A DNA stretch of 62,621 bases, counting the filler, from Choristocarpus tenellus KU-1152 (Eukaryota > Protista > Phaeophyceae): the NCBI GenBank assembly GCA_964200185.2. It is 11 parts of 11 records of this genome, joined end to end, with 100 filler letters (N's around TTAATTAATTAA, not from the genome) between each part and the next. Parts side by side here need not be neighbours in the genome. Positions count along the whole stretch, not along the records: positions 31,789 to 40,423 come from CAXNAD020004508.1; positions 40,524 to 47,529 come from CAXNAD020006879.1; positions 47,630 to 53,961 come from CAXNAD020008363.1; 8 more parts are not named here. One strand, written 5' to 3'. This document shows, piece by piece, positions 34,334 through 48,610 of this stretch (positions are counted from its first letter, which is position 1; each line of letters starts with the position of its first letter). The translations under genes and the position numbers were made by a program. Under the pieces are notes generated by a model. That model was given only the letters and a program-made list of their open reading frames with translations. It was not told the DNA's origin and did not search any database.

Positions 34334-37300
34334 TCACTCTTGCATGTTCCTTGTGTTCTTGGCAGTTCCTTTCCTCCTTCCACCTTTCTGAGTGCCAGCT
34401 GCCCTTCCATAACTTGTGGATTTTTGATTTTTGACCTTGATCTTACAGGCTTTATCTGCTGCCGACTTTCTCTCCCTGCAGGGGTGAGGTGGGATGATTA
34501 GCATCAGTGTCAAGAATATATGGTGCACAGAGGCTACTACTACTACCCAAAGAGCTGTACAGTGTACAAGTAGTATAATCTTAGTAGACAAGTGGCATCA
34601 GAAAATCATTCACAATGTTTCACTCCTGTCACAACAATTATTCACACCCCAGAGCAAAAACAAGATTCTAAGATTATTTTCGGGCTCTTTGTGCCTCTCC
34701 AAATGCAGTGTGAGTGGACCTTTACAATCCCACAAGTTCTGCATAGCAATATTTGCCACCTTGCCTCCCTCCTGTTGACCTTTAAGCCGGAAACAGTCGG
34801 TCCAATATATGGTTCCCTCCAATATCCTCAACTTTAACAAACAATACTCTCAATGATTTAGTACCCTGTGAGATGTCCATTCGGCAGTTCCCATAGAAAG
34901 CACTTCACCCAGCTTGTTCAAGATCCTACAAAATTGACTGTGGAGTTGTCTAGCTTTCACCCATACGATCTATTATAGCACCGGATTGCATCATCAACCA
35001 TCTAACTGTAGTCTCGAATAATCAGTTCTACCAAGCATACCAGAAAATCCCTCATGCACCCCTTGCTTGGTCTGCTGCTTCTCTTGACAGTTGCCACATA
35101 CTGCAGTCTCTTCTATTCACAAAGGAGCTTTCACACCTGACTCTTATCAAGTCTTCCACAATGAAGGCTTGTTGACTAACACGTGGGCACAAGGCTGGCA
35201 AAGAAGGTCCACCTACTAGTGGACCTCCCTTCTTTCCCCTGCTCCATCATCCTTATGCAACGAAATCATCATTATCACTCATCCAACATCTGAACCACTC
35301 TATTCTTGCTTTTAAAAAAATGGAAACACTGGGCTTCACAAGAGAGTTTGAAGAAAATTGTGCTACACACATGCATACATCCAATAGAGCAGACAAATTG
35401 AAACGTTTAAATTAGATGATATTCAACCAAACCCCTTGTCTCAATTGAACAATTACAGTTCAACACACTTGTCATTTCATCAACCACCCCTTGCAAAACT
35501 TGGTTCTCATTTATCGTCCTCTTGTGAAAGGCAGGGAGACAAACTATTCATTTCCTCTGTTACCCCAGTTCAATGAAATGTCCATCTTGCTGTGCAGTTT
35601 GTGGGGAAACTGTGTAGACAACTACACACATTTTCTTGGTAGAAAATAATTGCATAAATCATCGACCGGATCATCATGACATGGGAGTTATATGACATCT
35701 TCCGGCAATTTAGACACACTTAATTATCTCCCTCCCCCCTGCTCCAATGTGGACCCCTGTAAATCAATGTTCTTGTCTCACCCGAGTTCCTCTTTCATCC
35801 ACGCCACCTGCTCCTGCAGCATGTCCGGGGCAAGGGCATTGCCAAGGCCAATGGGTGTAGCATGACTATAGTATGCCAGAAGCCTGTGCGAATCCTGGAC
35901 TAATTCTCTTGCTGGTCTGAGATTGTCCAGGTAGAACTCAACAAAGTGGAGTGTATGTTGAAGCTGTACAATGGCAATGGGTAGGTTTCACAACAGAGCG
36001 TGGCAACCTCTGACATTAATAAACAGGATACAAGTTGGGGTAATGTCTATGCCTTTGGACCCCACAGCAATGTTGTATTTTGAAGCATGTGTAAATTCAA
36101 GTTCTGATTGTGCTCTGTTCAAAAGCCGTGGATTTCCACTTGGGGTCACATCGTCCTCATAAAAACCTACCACAAAGAAGTTTCCTCTTCCACTTTCATG
36201 TACGCACCAGTAGGAAAACAAAAAACATAAGAAACCTTAGTGTTTGAAGGAGCACTGAACTCTACTCCAGGCACCACGTGTAAGTCTTCACTTGAATCAA
36301 GATTCACTATGTTGAATTGCATCAGGATGATGCCGCTCCGCCATCAAGATGGTGGGCAGCAACCAACAAAACCACGTAACAAGGAGCGCAAAGTGGGCAA
36401 CAATAATCACCTCCTCCTCAGAAAGACCCCCCTCAGCAAAACGCTGCTGCAGACGAATCTCCAACTTCTGCTGGAACAGAGCCCAAAGCTCACACAGGTC
36501 ATCCACGACAAGCTGTAGGAGGGAACAAAAGAGAAACAATTAGTTGTCCCAAACAGTATAACGTGGTCTGAGTCCAACATATATATATATATGTATGTTA
36601 TTTATGTATATTATAGATGTTGGCGTGTGTATGCAGAAAAAGTAGCGTGGTGTGTATTCTAAGAAGGAATTTCTTCACTGCTGTGGAAAATAGTACTGAG
36701 CACTTGGCAGTAGGACAAATTTCTGCAACTTACACAGATTACAGGAAAACAGGCACCTCGAAGATCTGGTTCTAATATACTCAAAGCACAGCACAATTAA
36801 GCAGACTCAAAATTGAAGTGCAAGGAACAGAGCGCGATGGCCAAGTTCCACACAGGACATACCTTGAGGCAGTCGCACGTGACATCATTGTCTAGGTCTG
36901 GCCCAAGACGGCACGCAAGAGCTGCCTCAACCAACCTCTCGGCCTGTACCCCATACAGACAGGGATGCAAAGTGAAGGAGGTACAGTGATGAGTACAAGC
37001 TCTGGCAATCAAATCAATAAAAAGTTCAAATTACAACTGAGAAAGGATCGTGTCTGAATGAGCAACCTGGCATTTGAATGAACCCCGTTAGAAGTTATGT
37101 GTCCATCAGAGTACCTCAAGGAAGACAGGGGGCCTAAGGTTTCAGGATAATTGCACACTTGCACAAATGAAACTGTCAACACCTTGAGAGCAGCAGTATC
37201 TATCCAACCGCCCCCACCATTACCCACCTCACAGCCCACCCCTGCAGCGAGGTATAAATTGTGACATGAGGGGTATGGGGCACTGAAACAAGAACCACTA

Positions 37301-40300
37301 GATTACTAGCCAAAAACAGGTAACATTCAAACCTTGCTTCCTTCCTTGCAGTATGTACCACCAACCCAACAAGTACCACATATCTCCCCATCTGCTTCAG
37401 TAGCAATGACATCACAAACCAATCAATTTAAGCTGCACAACCATACCTCCTCATCTCTCCAGCACCACATTATGTCAAGGGGCAAGACATGTCATAGTAT
37501 CAACGACTCCAACAAGCACATCAGCAGAGACATAATTCAGCGTATGCTCACAGTGCAGGTACATCGCAAACGCCTCCACCCTATCTGTAATGATAGAACA
37601 TACACTATATTTTCTATGTACCTGTCATAGGTGGTATTGCATTACCAGTGTAGACCTCTAGTGATTAGCGCTGGATGAAATACACCTCAACACTACAAGT
37701 TGGGGACATACATGTATGCACTATATGCACTAGAACTATTGACCATGCTACTATGTGTTAAGTCAAATTCAGACCTCAGCCTTGTGACACACACACACAC
37801 ACGGCTGTCAGCCAATGAGTCAATCACCAATACAAGCACTTACTAACAAAGAAATGCCTCAGTTACGAAAGCACACCTTGTCTAGCACCCCAGCAGCCTT
37901 GGCATGCTCGGTCTCAGCATCCACAAGGGCAAGCTCAGCGAGGTCTGGGGCAAACGCCTGCATTCTAAGAAGTGCAAACTTGGCATAACTGTCCAACCAG
38001 GAAGAGTACACACTCCCATCCTCCTCCACCGCCCTAAGTATCCGATGCAGAGGGTAGTGAGGGACTGGGGATGGGTGGGTGAAGCACTCAAGCTGCTTGG
38101 TGATACTGTTCCTCTAACAATGATCAACTGCCCATGATTTCAATGAGAGAGAAACAGTGAAAGGAGTCTGGGGGGGGGGGGGGGGGGGGGGGGAGGGTGA
38201 GGGATAGCAACAGGTTTTCACTTGTTGCACCCTGGCCATGTTTTACAGAGCTCTCAATACAAATAAGTTCTTCCATATAGTGGGTAAGACAATAAACACA
38301 ATTGAAGATAAGGAAGTGATGAGGTGGACTGAGTACAAAGTGAAATGCCTTGGAGATGAACACTGTCTCCGATTTGCAGACCAATGAACCAACCAATCAA
38401 CAAACTATAGAATCAAGGAAAACAAACCTAATCTCCCCCCTCTGCACCATTTTCAGCTACCGGGTTGAGACTAGTGAGCATTGCCTAATTGTGGACACCA
38501 CCTCAAAGTGACACGCACGCCTCTATGGCACATATCATGGACATAACATAAATCAAGAGAGATGCACTCCCAGACCACTACCACATAACACAATAAAATA
38601 TCCACAATAAAACATATTTAGATTAGCTCCCAACAAAACAGTCTGACCACAATCTTCCACATCCCTATGTTTACCACCATGGAATGATCCTGCTGTTTCT
38701 AAACTCTACCGTTTGTAATCCTACACACCTGATCACACGGGAGCTGAAGTACTTGCTCTTTGTCCGAGGGTCCTCAGCCCTGCGCATTTGAACTATGGTC
38801 TTCTTGAAGTACCCCCAGCTCTCTACTGAGGTGCCCCTTGCCAGGCGGTGAACAACATAGAGTGCCTTGGCTGCCGTGCGATAATCCTTACACAAAACAA
38901 AAAAAGGTGCCCATGTTGAGATGCAAAAGGGGGGGGGGTTATTATCAAGGGGGATCGTAAAAGGAAGGCAAGGCTGGTGTAAGAGACTACAATCTTGCAG
39001 GCGCCCATGACTGGGAACTACAGCACTGAGTTCTACAAAAGGTGGAGGGAACATCAGAGCACGCAATAGAGCTGGCATCAAGTGTGTGTATGTGTGTGTG
39101 AGAGAGGGAGATATTGAATGTAATGGACAGACATTGAGGTATTGTCAGCTGAGAGGATACTACCTTCTCCGCCATCCGCCGCCACAGCTTGTGCAGTGTC
39201 ATCCAGTATGGTCCTTGCTCCCAGTTGGAGAGTCGAGTGTCCTATCATAAAGAAGGCATATTACAGGCAACAGGCATATTACAGGCAACAGGGATATCAC
39301 AGGCCGACAATAAGTGGAGGCCAAAGGGACCAATCAGCATGAAAACCAGCCTTCCCCAATGCAACCTAGTTCGTTCCCACACAGACCACCTTCACTAGTC
39401 TACTGAATTGCCTCGAAATTGTCTTACAAACAGGTAGACCCAGGAGTAATGAACAATGGATTATGAAATCTTCTGGGCAATCCGGCCCACTGCAGTAGTT
39501 GAGTGGCTGACCCAACCAACAACTCACCAAGCCCTTGCCCATGGGATAGTCTCTTTGTATTTTTCACCTTTGGGTCCATGTAGGCTGGGAACGAGAGCTC
39601 CGCAGCCTGCAGCAACAGGTTCACATGTTTCCTTTTGGCAGGGTTGTTGTCAGGCCTTGTTGCCTTGATAAGAGTTTTCTCAAGGTCGGACGACATGCTT
39701 CCCTTTAACGGTCACAAGAGAGATTGGAATTAGAGGGTTGGGAGGAAAAGGATATTCCTTGATCTCAAAAGGATATTCCTTGATCTCAAGGCGTCAATAT
39801 GCACTGCAGCAGACACACTGTATGGCCTTGTCTTTGTCCTTCACACTTGACACAAAGCGAAGCGCATCTCACTCCTAATTAATCATTCAGGTCAAAGCTC
39901 AGTCCCCCATCAAGACCTTAGCAATGAATGGGGTCAAGTAAATGAGGCACAGGACGGCAAGAAGAACAGCTGTATCATCCATAGATTCAGATATTAGGAA
40001 AGCTTTGTTGACCACAAATTTCCCCTATTGTCTTCCCATTTCACTGTACTGAGCCCTAACACCAACACCATTGCCCGCCCCTGAAATATGAAGTGCATTT
40101 CTCCTATGCTTCATCAAAATCTACTAACAATGCCTCCATGCAAACATATTCCTTTGTTACCCAAGGGCCCCTCACTTCGTCCCACCTTGAGCTCACGGAA
40201 GACCTTCTTGCCCTTGTGTGTGGCCCCTGACACCCGAGATTTCAGATTCTTTTGCGCCTCAGCGAGTTTGTTCTTCATCTCTGTCATCTTTGACACTGAC

Positions 40301-40423
40301 TGTCTTCGTTTCACCCTCCCTCTCCCTTGCCCCACAGCTTGCCCTCGAGATTGATGTGATCTGTGTCGGCTCCGATCATACCCCCCCCCCCCACATCTTC
40401 CCCACCATCATGGTATCCACTCT
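34334..40423 (-). CDS. ANTH (AP180/CALM N-terminal homology) domain protein, 5' incomplete; exons 40423-40186, 39702-39568, 39241-39164, 38886-38729, 38033-37877, 36943-36863, 36512-36411, 35963-35782, 34475-34334
   Basis: All junctions are GT-AG and phase-compatible; LEKTLIKATRPDNNPAKRKHV is the ANTH PIP2-binding motif and DYRTAAKALYVVHRL is the ANTH helix motif. Confidence 0.82.
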
Positions 40424-40523
40424 NNNNNNNNNNNNNNNNNNNNNNNNNNNNNNNNNNNNNNNNNNNNTTAATTAATTAANNNNNNNNNNNNNNNNNNNNN
40501 NNNNNNNNNNNNNNNNNNNNNNN

Positions 40524-40573
<50 letters not shown>

Positions 40574-41139
40574 TCTGTACCAGGGTGTCCAAGGGAAGGG
40601 GCAGACTAAAACTGGGGCCACTGGTGGTGGCCCTATTCTGTATCCACCCTGCTGACCCCTACGATCTTTCTGCTCACCAAATCATGTATGGTACCCTCCA
40701 CCTCGCTCTGCCATTGTTGTGGAAGTAATTACGCATTCTCATGCCTGACTAAGATCAGCACAATGAACCCGAGCATCCCTGGAATCGTATTGTCGTGGCT
40801 CACAATCTCAGCACTTGGTCGGCAAAAATACTAGATAAGTGCTTGTTCAACCGGCAAAACCAAACACATGTAGGGTTTGGTATCGAGAGACATCTTGTGA
40901 ATGGGCACTTGACACCAATTTCTGGTCGGACACCCCAAGCCGTCAGCGCTCTAAGTATGATTCTGCCTTGTTCAGTGAAGCAAGGCATGAGTTATATCAA
41001 ACTTTCAGCAATGAAAATGCCCTCGAATATACCACATTCAATCTGTCCCAATTGTCTCAACTATTAAGGGTCGTGTGTTCGTTACAGATCAGTATCTGTG
41101 TTGAATGTAGCAGACTGGAAAGAAGAAGAAATTCCCAAA

Positions 41140-41640
41140 TGGAGCCTCGTATCAAGTTTGTTGATAGGAACCCGTACAGGGCATATCCCCTTACTCAAGA
41201 GGTGATTGAATTGTGTGTTAAAGCACTATAGAAGAGCAAGGCATCATTGAAGAATGTGCCAGATCTCAGGGTAGCCCTGTGACAATGGTAACCAAGTCTG
41301 GTGGCTCTTCAACATCTGATGTTTCCCTTTTTCGAGCTTCGGAGTACCTCGAGATTAAGTTTTAGTATAGAGGCCACACAAGAGTACTGATGGTCCAACT
41401 CCGAAGCTATTTCACCCTTAGAAGGGTCCCTATGAGCCACATTCTAAGATATCACCCATAATGTGCGGGGTTGTATTACCTGGGAACTCACGTCCATTTC
41501 CCATTCATTTAGGTAGAATAAAATTTACTGGGCACAAGCCCAACCTCCCACTTGAAAGAAATGGATTTATTTGTTTTTGGGAAGAGCTTTACCATTATTG
41601 CCAGATGTAGATGATCAAGTCTCTTAACCCGTTATTGGTC
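41140..41640 (+). mobile_element. Highly degenerate Ty3/gypsy pol remnant
   Basis: PYRAYPLTQEVIELCVKAL/EEQGIIEE...GSPVTMVTKSGGS resembles the gypsy RT start; FVFGKSFTII resembles gypsy RNase H. Confidence 0.6.
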
Positions 41641-43221
41641 AGTGCACTATTGTTAGCATAGTTGGACAATAGACCACGTCCTGGTCGTCGTTCGTCCACA
41701 AATGTTATCTATCGCCTTAATCTTTGCACGTATAGAACCTCTTGCGACCTACACAAAAAGAGCAGAACAATTCCCAAATATCGTGAAATGATTGCAGCCT
41801 ATCTATCTATCGTGTAGCAAATGATTGGATACTGAGTAAAATTCTCGTCGCAAACGAGTGTTGACTTGAGAATTCGTATTTTATTAGTACCATCCTTCTT
41901 CCCATAGATAGGCTGTATATCTCGTGTTGCCGTTATAGTATAACCTGTCGTCTAAGTAAAGAGATTGATAGATGCATGTATGTAAGTCTAGTACAGATCC
42001 TTACCAACCTTACTCATCATTCGTCTGTCTTGGGCGAGATCTCGTGTTACCCGCACATCATAATCCTTGATAGACAATCGTTAGCACGTTTCATATCGTC
42101 ATAGATGGGTACAGTGCGTTGTGTTGTCAAAAGTTGAGATATACATATACATAGAGATCTTTTTCAGGAATGTATTTATTGATCGTGTCTAGCCTTGACA
42201 AAAAAAAACAAATTTACCAATGAATATGTTATTTAAACTTCAAACTTGTCACATTTGTTTTTTCTAGTGCAGTGGGATAATCCTCTATACATGATGCAAT
42301 GCACCTCGTATCGTATTGTGAGTTGAGCCATCAACATTTTCGGTCTTGGTGTCCACTTGGAATATTATCGTCGCTGTATCAGAATGTGAGGAAGAAGTGT
42401 GCACACATCGTCTATTGATCTCGTCTGCTGCTGCTGTCTGTGTTGATGTTGGTAAAGTTGTATGTTCTGGTGTTGTTTCACATCATTGGAGTGTTGATTA
42501 CACGACACTCGTTTAGCATCGTCAGATCACAAACTTTAGATAACAGTTACATACATCGTGAAGTATTTTCTCGTTTCCCTAGTGTTGTGTACCCTCTGTT
42601 TGTACAAGATACCAGAGACCTATATCCTGCTCCCATATACCTCTCGACTAGTATTTGGGCTATCCACATTGCTGGTCCCATGTGCTTAGACCTTGAGCTT
42701 GATGATACTATGCTGATTACATTCCATCAACCGCACTCTTATTTTGGCTGATTCATGCTGAGGCAAAAAAAAGCTTGGTTGGTATGCTGACCACTTCGCG
42801 TCAACTTTGGGTAGTAGTGATATTCTATCAGATATTCATTAAAATGCCCATTATGTTCATATTTACATGTCATTTCATATAAATGAAGTCCTCTAATAAA
42901 ATGGATCAAAAGTATGCTACAGAGATCAATCAATCACTGAGGGGGTCCTTTAAGAGTTCCATAACCTCAGTCGTGATTCTCCCCTCTCGTCACTCTGTAC
43001 AGTTGCACTTGTCCAACCTTAACCTCATCCTCTTAGTTCCGGTTCGTCTTGGTCTTCTGGGGCATCTCGTCTGGTACAGAATAACTTACTGTTAATATTA
43101 GTGATCCACGTAATGCGCGCGACACTTCAGAGGAGGTATTGCCGCACGAGAACGATCATTGAGAAGGGGTAAACAATTGTCGTTTTCGAATAAAGGAGAC
43201 AGGAGATGCTGTCCAAAGCCC

Positions 43222-46200
43222 ATGTCCATCAAACCAGGTTATTCCTCCGTGCGAAGGCCGCCTGCATCAGGAGGTGGGGTTGTTGTGAGTGGCACGGCGT
43301 CGGATGCAATGACGAGGGGCAGAGCATCAGAATCGAGTCGTCTTGTGTATCACCGTCCTAACGTAATCAGCGGTCGTGCGACGGCTGGAAGTTGGGGTAA
43401 CTACAAGAGTGGACGTGTCTCAGCGGTTGGTCGCACAACCACCTCCAATGATTCCGATTTTCTGAACCCTGTAGATGATTGTATGAATCTAGGAGCAGCG
43501 GGGTTCGGCTGGTGCATGCTGTTATGGGTTTTCGGATGTCTATCCCTCCTCCTTAATTTCGCCAGGCAGTCGGATTATGACGAAGGTAATTCAACTTCCA
43601 CAAGGTCAAGTGGATTTCGTTGGGGTATATTTCACGTTCAAGATTCTGACGGTCCGCCATGGCTGGCTTTTGCGCCCTTCTGGCTCGGGGACATCGTTGG
43701 GTTCGCCTTCCTTGTCAGGCTGATTTGCAAGGTAGCGGGTGTGCGACTTGCCGGGCCGACCCGCCGAGGGACCCGTCGATATGGGACAAGAGAAGATAGT
43801 GGTGGCGCCAGTGGAGACCTGAGGCTTGTAAACGTGGACTACTTTCCGCTGTTGCAGCGGGTTGTGGTCACCTGGATATCAAGCCTGTTGTTGCTCATTA
43901 CTCTGACAGTCGAGCAGGTCCTCGTATGCCTTCAGTGGGGGGGCGGAAGCGAAGCCCCAGGATCCTTGGCCGTCGCGACGCCTCTACTAATAATCGAGTT
44001 CTGCTGTCTCCTGCGAGTGGTGCTAATACGATATCATGGCTGGTTTTCGGGACTAACGTGAGACCTCCATGAGCGATCTGGCTTGATACGGTTCTCCTTG
44101 GTGCGAATGCCCCCTCCCAGCCCTTCGTGTCCCAATGCCATGGCCAGTATAGCACCCACAGAGAGTATGGAATATGTTCTAACCCGCGTCCATACCATCA
44201 TGCGCACTCATGAGGTACTCCCCAATGAATATATTTCGATCTTCATCCCTTCTGCCCACTCTGTACCCCAACCAACGCTGTTCCGTTTTAGGTGCCTTTT
44301 GCTGCTGCTCCTTACGCTCTTGGTCGCATTGCGATCTAACCCAACAGCCCCCTTTCTGGAAGATGTCCCTTGGCTTGAATGCCTAGCCCCTCTATGGGCG
44401 CTGAACCTCCTGTTCCTTGCGGCAGCAGGCTACCTCCTGGCAAACATTTGCTTAAGGCGTTACCTCCTGACCCGAGTGCAGACTGTCTGCTTCACTCTCT
44501 ATTGTATCTCCTTAGTGGCAAGCATTTTTGCACAGGTGCTTCTCATTGGAGATGAGAGGTATGGCAGAGAACCCTAGTGAAATGACGATGTAATACTCCA
44601 AAATGAGTTTCCTCAAGTACTACTACTTACTTGGGATGAGATCCAAAGTGAAAGGGGTGGGCGGAGAGGAGATGGAAATTTGTCATGGGTAGATCTTTCA
44701 AATATATAGATAAGACCATATTCGTGGTCATTGTGGGCGTCCTACTTTTTATTCATGTTTGATCTTGTGCTTCTTTGTGTGTGACCTTGACATGGAGGGT
44801 GAAATATTTTGATGTATTTTTCTTTTAGTCTTTTGTTAGCCATAACCCCCAACCGATTACAATATAGTAAACAATGCAAGGGATGGGGGGGAGAGAATAA
44901 AGACTTTTTATCCAGCTGGAACAAATGTGAAGGGACCAGCTTGTGGGTCGTACTTTTTGGTATACTGCAACAAATGATGAGATGGTGACTGAATTTATGT
45001 ATAATAGTCACGTTTATTCCCATGTGTGTTTTGGGATGAATTGAGACATGTTTCGACAGGGCTTGACAGGTAAAATGTTTTTTTAAATCTGTTGGCGTGG
45101 TGTCTGCCCCGACAGATGAAAAACTTTGAGGGAAATGATGTGATGTAAAGGAATGAGGTCAGAAGACCAGTGTTAGAAACGCTTATTTACAGATTGGCTA
45201 TAACCAGTCGCTTCATGGGGATGCAAGTGCCCCACACACACAATGCAACAGAAGAAAATTGCAGTTGGTTTTAGTAGGAAGGTTGAACATTCTAGGGGAA
45301 AAGATACTAGTCACGACATTCCTCCAGCCAGAGCACTGCTTCAGCAATCTCAACCTTTCCGCTCATTGCTCTCTTCCCCCCCTTGCCACCCCCCCCTCCA
45401 AACTCACCACCGCTCCCCCCCTGCCCTTTTATTTTGTGATCCATCCGTACACCTTTTCCTTTTGAAGGCTGGGGGTATCGGATCTGGAAGTTCAGATATT
45501 CCGCCTGGATCTTCCACTGCTGCTGGGATTGTTTGCCCTGACAGTCTTCTGCTTGGCAAGCTACTTATCAGTGGAGCATACCATCTCTAGATTGATCATA
45601 AGCCACGGGTGCGTTTTTTGTTTGTTTGTTTGTGTGTGTGTGTGTGTGTTCATCCTTCATGATTCTTCAGTAACACATTTCTATTGTGAATTATTCTTTC
45701 GCCCCTTCCCCCCCCCCCCTCCATAAGTTGCACTTATACCTTCAGTGAGGCTTATGTTAACCATCGCATTGCACCCCTTTACCACGCTTCACACCCTTGA
45801 TCAGATTGATGTTGTGCAAATGGGAAGATGTGTTTAGGTAGTATTGCCATGGGGGTCTTTTTTGATTCCCTGTTCTCTATACTGATTGATACAGATATGT
45901 TGGTGCGTCTATTTGAGCAATGGAAGGGGGTGTTTGTAACGTTTGTTGTAAGATGGAATGTGACAGCATAAATTTTCTGTGTGTGGGGGGGGGAGGGGGA
46001 GAGCTTTGAGTGCAAACACACTCTTAGTTTTGTGTGTATTTAGATATTCTATTCTGGAAACTATGGTATGAACATCTTCTCTAAACAATAGTGCATAACA
46101 CGCAAACAATGAAAAGACCACAACCAAACAGTAAGAGGAGGAAAAAAAAGAAAGTGATTGTAATAATAATAATAATAGACCGGTCATTTATAATACTTAC

Positions 46201-46935
46201 ATGCTTTTGTGCTTAGACCTTCACACATCAAGATGGGGTTAATGCCAAAGAGCAACCGTTGCCCCTCCCCCCCTCCCCCCAACCCATATACCCACCTATG
46301 GACTCGTGCTGGGAAGAGGCCCCTGTTACCAAATACCAAGGCACTTCATGGTCATACATGATGTATGCACGACTGAAACCTTAAATGAACCCTTTGGCAG
46401 ATACGAAGACCCTGTTCCTCTCAGCAAGACGGTAAGCGGTTGGGAATGGTCGGGAGCAGGAACGACGCGATGGGGCTTGCTTGGAGATATTTCTTTGCGT
46501 GCAGGGCCTCGGGTGAAGACCAAACCGGTGTCCTCTAGGCTGTTGGGGTGAGATGATGAAGCCCTAACCCTAACCCCGACTCTTTGAAAAAGAAAAAAAA
46601 ACTATATGGAGGTTTTGCTTGCTTGCTTGCCTGCTTGCCTGCTTGCCTGCTTGCCTGCTTGCCTGCCTGCTTGCTCAATGCGAAGGGGGCAGAGGTGTGG
46701 TGCGGAAAGGGTTTCCACATTGCGCTGTGGCGTTGATTTGAGCACAGGGTATACAATTAAATCTAATCTTGCGTGTTTTTGAGGCTGTTGTCTGGACTGA
46801 CTGTTCATTGGTAGCAGCCGCAACAAGCGATCCATTCGATCTAAAGAGGCGGTAAGGAAGGCGGTTTTTGATGATCTACGAAATTGCAGAACATCTCTAC
46901 TACATTCAGCTGGCGTGCACATTGTTGTTGTGTGA
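43222..46935 (+). CDS. Multi-pass membrane protein, TMEM185/Fragile-X-F-like; exons 43222-44057, 44292-44558, 45468-45608, 46401-46547 and probably 46818-46935
   Basis: Phase-2 GT-AG introns throughout; many hydrophobic segments; repeated PWxxxxAP(F/L)W motifs (PPWLAFAPFWL, VPWLECLAPLWA). The family assignment is an inference. Confidence 0.7.
46616..46675. repeat. (GCTT/GCCT)n microsatellite
   Basis: Seen directly in the sequence. Confidence 0.9.
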
Positions 46936-47943
46936 GAATAATAGGGTAAGGGATGGTACTGTTGACAATGCGTAGATGAGCTCACTCGCGTCAATTGCAG
47001 CCCTTTGCCTGTGTTCCAATACGACGAAAAGGTACATGAAAAGGTACATGTGGGTTGCTCTCCGTGCAGCGTTTTCTTGAGTTTGGCACTGCAGTTCGAT
47101 GGCGATCCCCTGGGAATTTTCTGATTTGTTTTAGTGTTCAGTCTTTTTTTTTGTGTGGTGTGGGGGTATTGGGAGGACTGCCTGCCTCTGATGACAGTCT
47201 CTGGGGACGGTGTAAGGGGGACTGAAGTGTGTACCTCTTTTTGGCATTTGAATGCAGTGTTTTTTTTTCTGTCATCCATTTGTGCGGGTATGTCACAAGT
47301 CAGTCTCAACGCCTTTTCTTTGATGCACTGGCTCTATCTATATGATGATGTCAGTGACAGAACCATCGGTGCCCCGGAGGTACTGTGGCATCTCGATATT
47401 TGACAAAGTCAGAGGTTGTGAGATCAAATCCTGACTGAACTAATCGCTTTCCTGATCTCCTACAGCACAGGAGGATAGATATGAGAGTGAGAAGGGGGGG
47501 GGGGGGGGGGGGAGGCGAGCGAGGAAAAGNNNNNNNNNNNNNNNNNNNNNNNNNNNNNNNNNNNNNNNNNNNNTTAATTAATTAANNNNNNNNNNNNNNN
47601 NNNNNNNNNNNNNNNNNNNNNNNNNNNNNTTCTCTACTACTCTACCCCCCACCACTTTCCCCCACTTTCCACTCCCCCACACCACTCCACAATCATCCAA
47701 GAATATCTCTTCATCTTCCGCTTCATACCGTATCTTTGAACGAGAACACATCTACCCCGCCCAAACTTGACCTCCCCTCCCCCTCAGGGTTGATTTCTAT
47801 TCTAGTTCATTCCAGTACCTCCTGCCCTGGTTGTACCCAATTCTTCCTACTCTCTACCAAGCCCTTCGAAACCCACACGGGGTCTCTCTGGTTGGCCCTT
47901 GCATATACCATGAATGCACCCGATTTCCACCTCCCCTACCTCT

Positions 47944-48113
47944 GAGCGAAAGTATCTTAGAGGGTACGAGTTTTTCCCTGTTTGTAAATTTGGGGCTTGG
48001 CTTCCCATAGATTTTTTACGACATTTTTCTACTTCTTCGAAATGTTTCGGAGGAGGTAAAATGTGTGCGCTTTTAAGTAGGTATCATGTATATGTCCGGA
48101 ACAAGGATACTGA
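47944..48113 (+). mobile_element. MITE family B, left two-thirds
   Basis: GAGCGAAAGTATCTTAGAGGGTACGAG...CCGGAACAAGGATACTGAC. Confidence 0.8.
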
Positions 48114-48329
48114 CTGTAAGACTCCCATTCCCAACTCGACAATATTCGCCATGTCACCTGCCATCGTACTAGTCAATTATGGATATCTGCCCTGCTATGG
48201 CATCCACGCAAAGTCCACTCAATAATGACTGTCCAGGTACTCCTTGAAACAAGTGCAGGAGGGGAGAATTACGTCTCATCTGTTTTTCGGCACAGCACTG
48301 CTCTTTAAGGGGGTGGCAACGGCTTAACA

Positions 48330-48610
48330 CATCTCAATATAGCAGGCAACGGTAACTTACACGTAGCAAACCCTAGAGGGTGAAATATTCCACCAATGCA
48401 GGTATTGGGGTAATACAAACTTCCAAGAACGCTTTCCCCAGAGGATAAAGTGCGAAATGTGACATTTAGGATAGTGGTGGGGCTGCCTCACGAAATTATT
48501 TTGGGATCAGCATTTTGTGTAGACAATTCCAGAGCATACTATCATTTAGAGAAGGTCAAGACTTCCGACCATTCCAGAAGTCACCGTGGATACCTTTTGT
48601 CAGAGTTCCA
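48330..48610 (+). mobile_element. Degenerate gypsy-type protease region
   Basis: FRIVVGLPHEIILGSAFC.../SILSFREGQDFRPFQKSPWIPF contains the retropepsin ILG motif. Confidence 0.5.

Noticed and set aside
41700-43000. Possible very old copia RNase H remnant
   Set aside because: Too degenerate to support by eye.
46602-47309. 235-aa minus-strand ORF
   Set aside because: Antisense to the membrane-protein gene, runs through a microsatellite, and has no recognisable domain.
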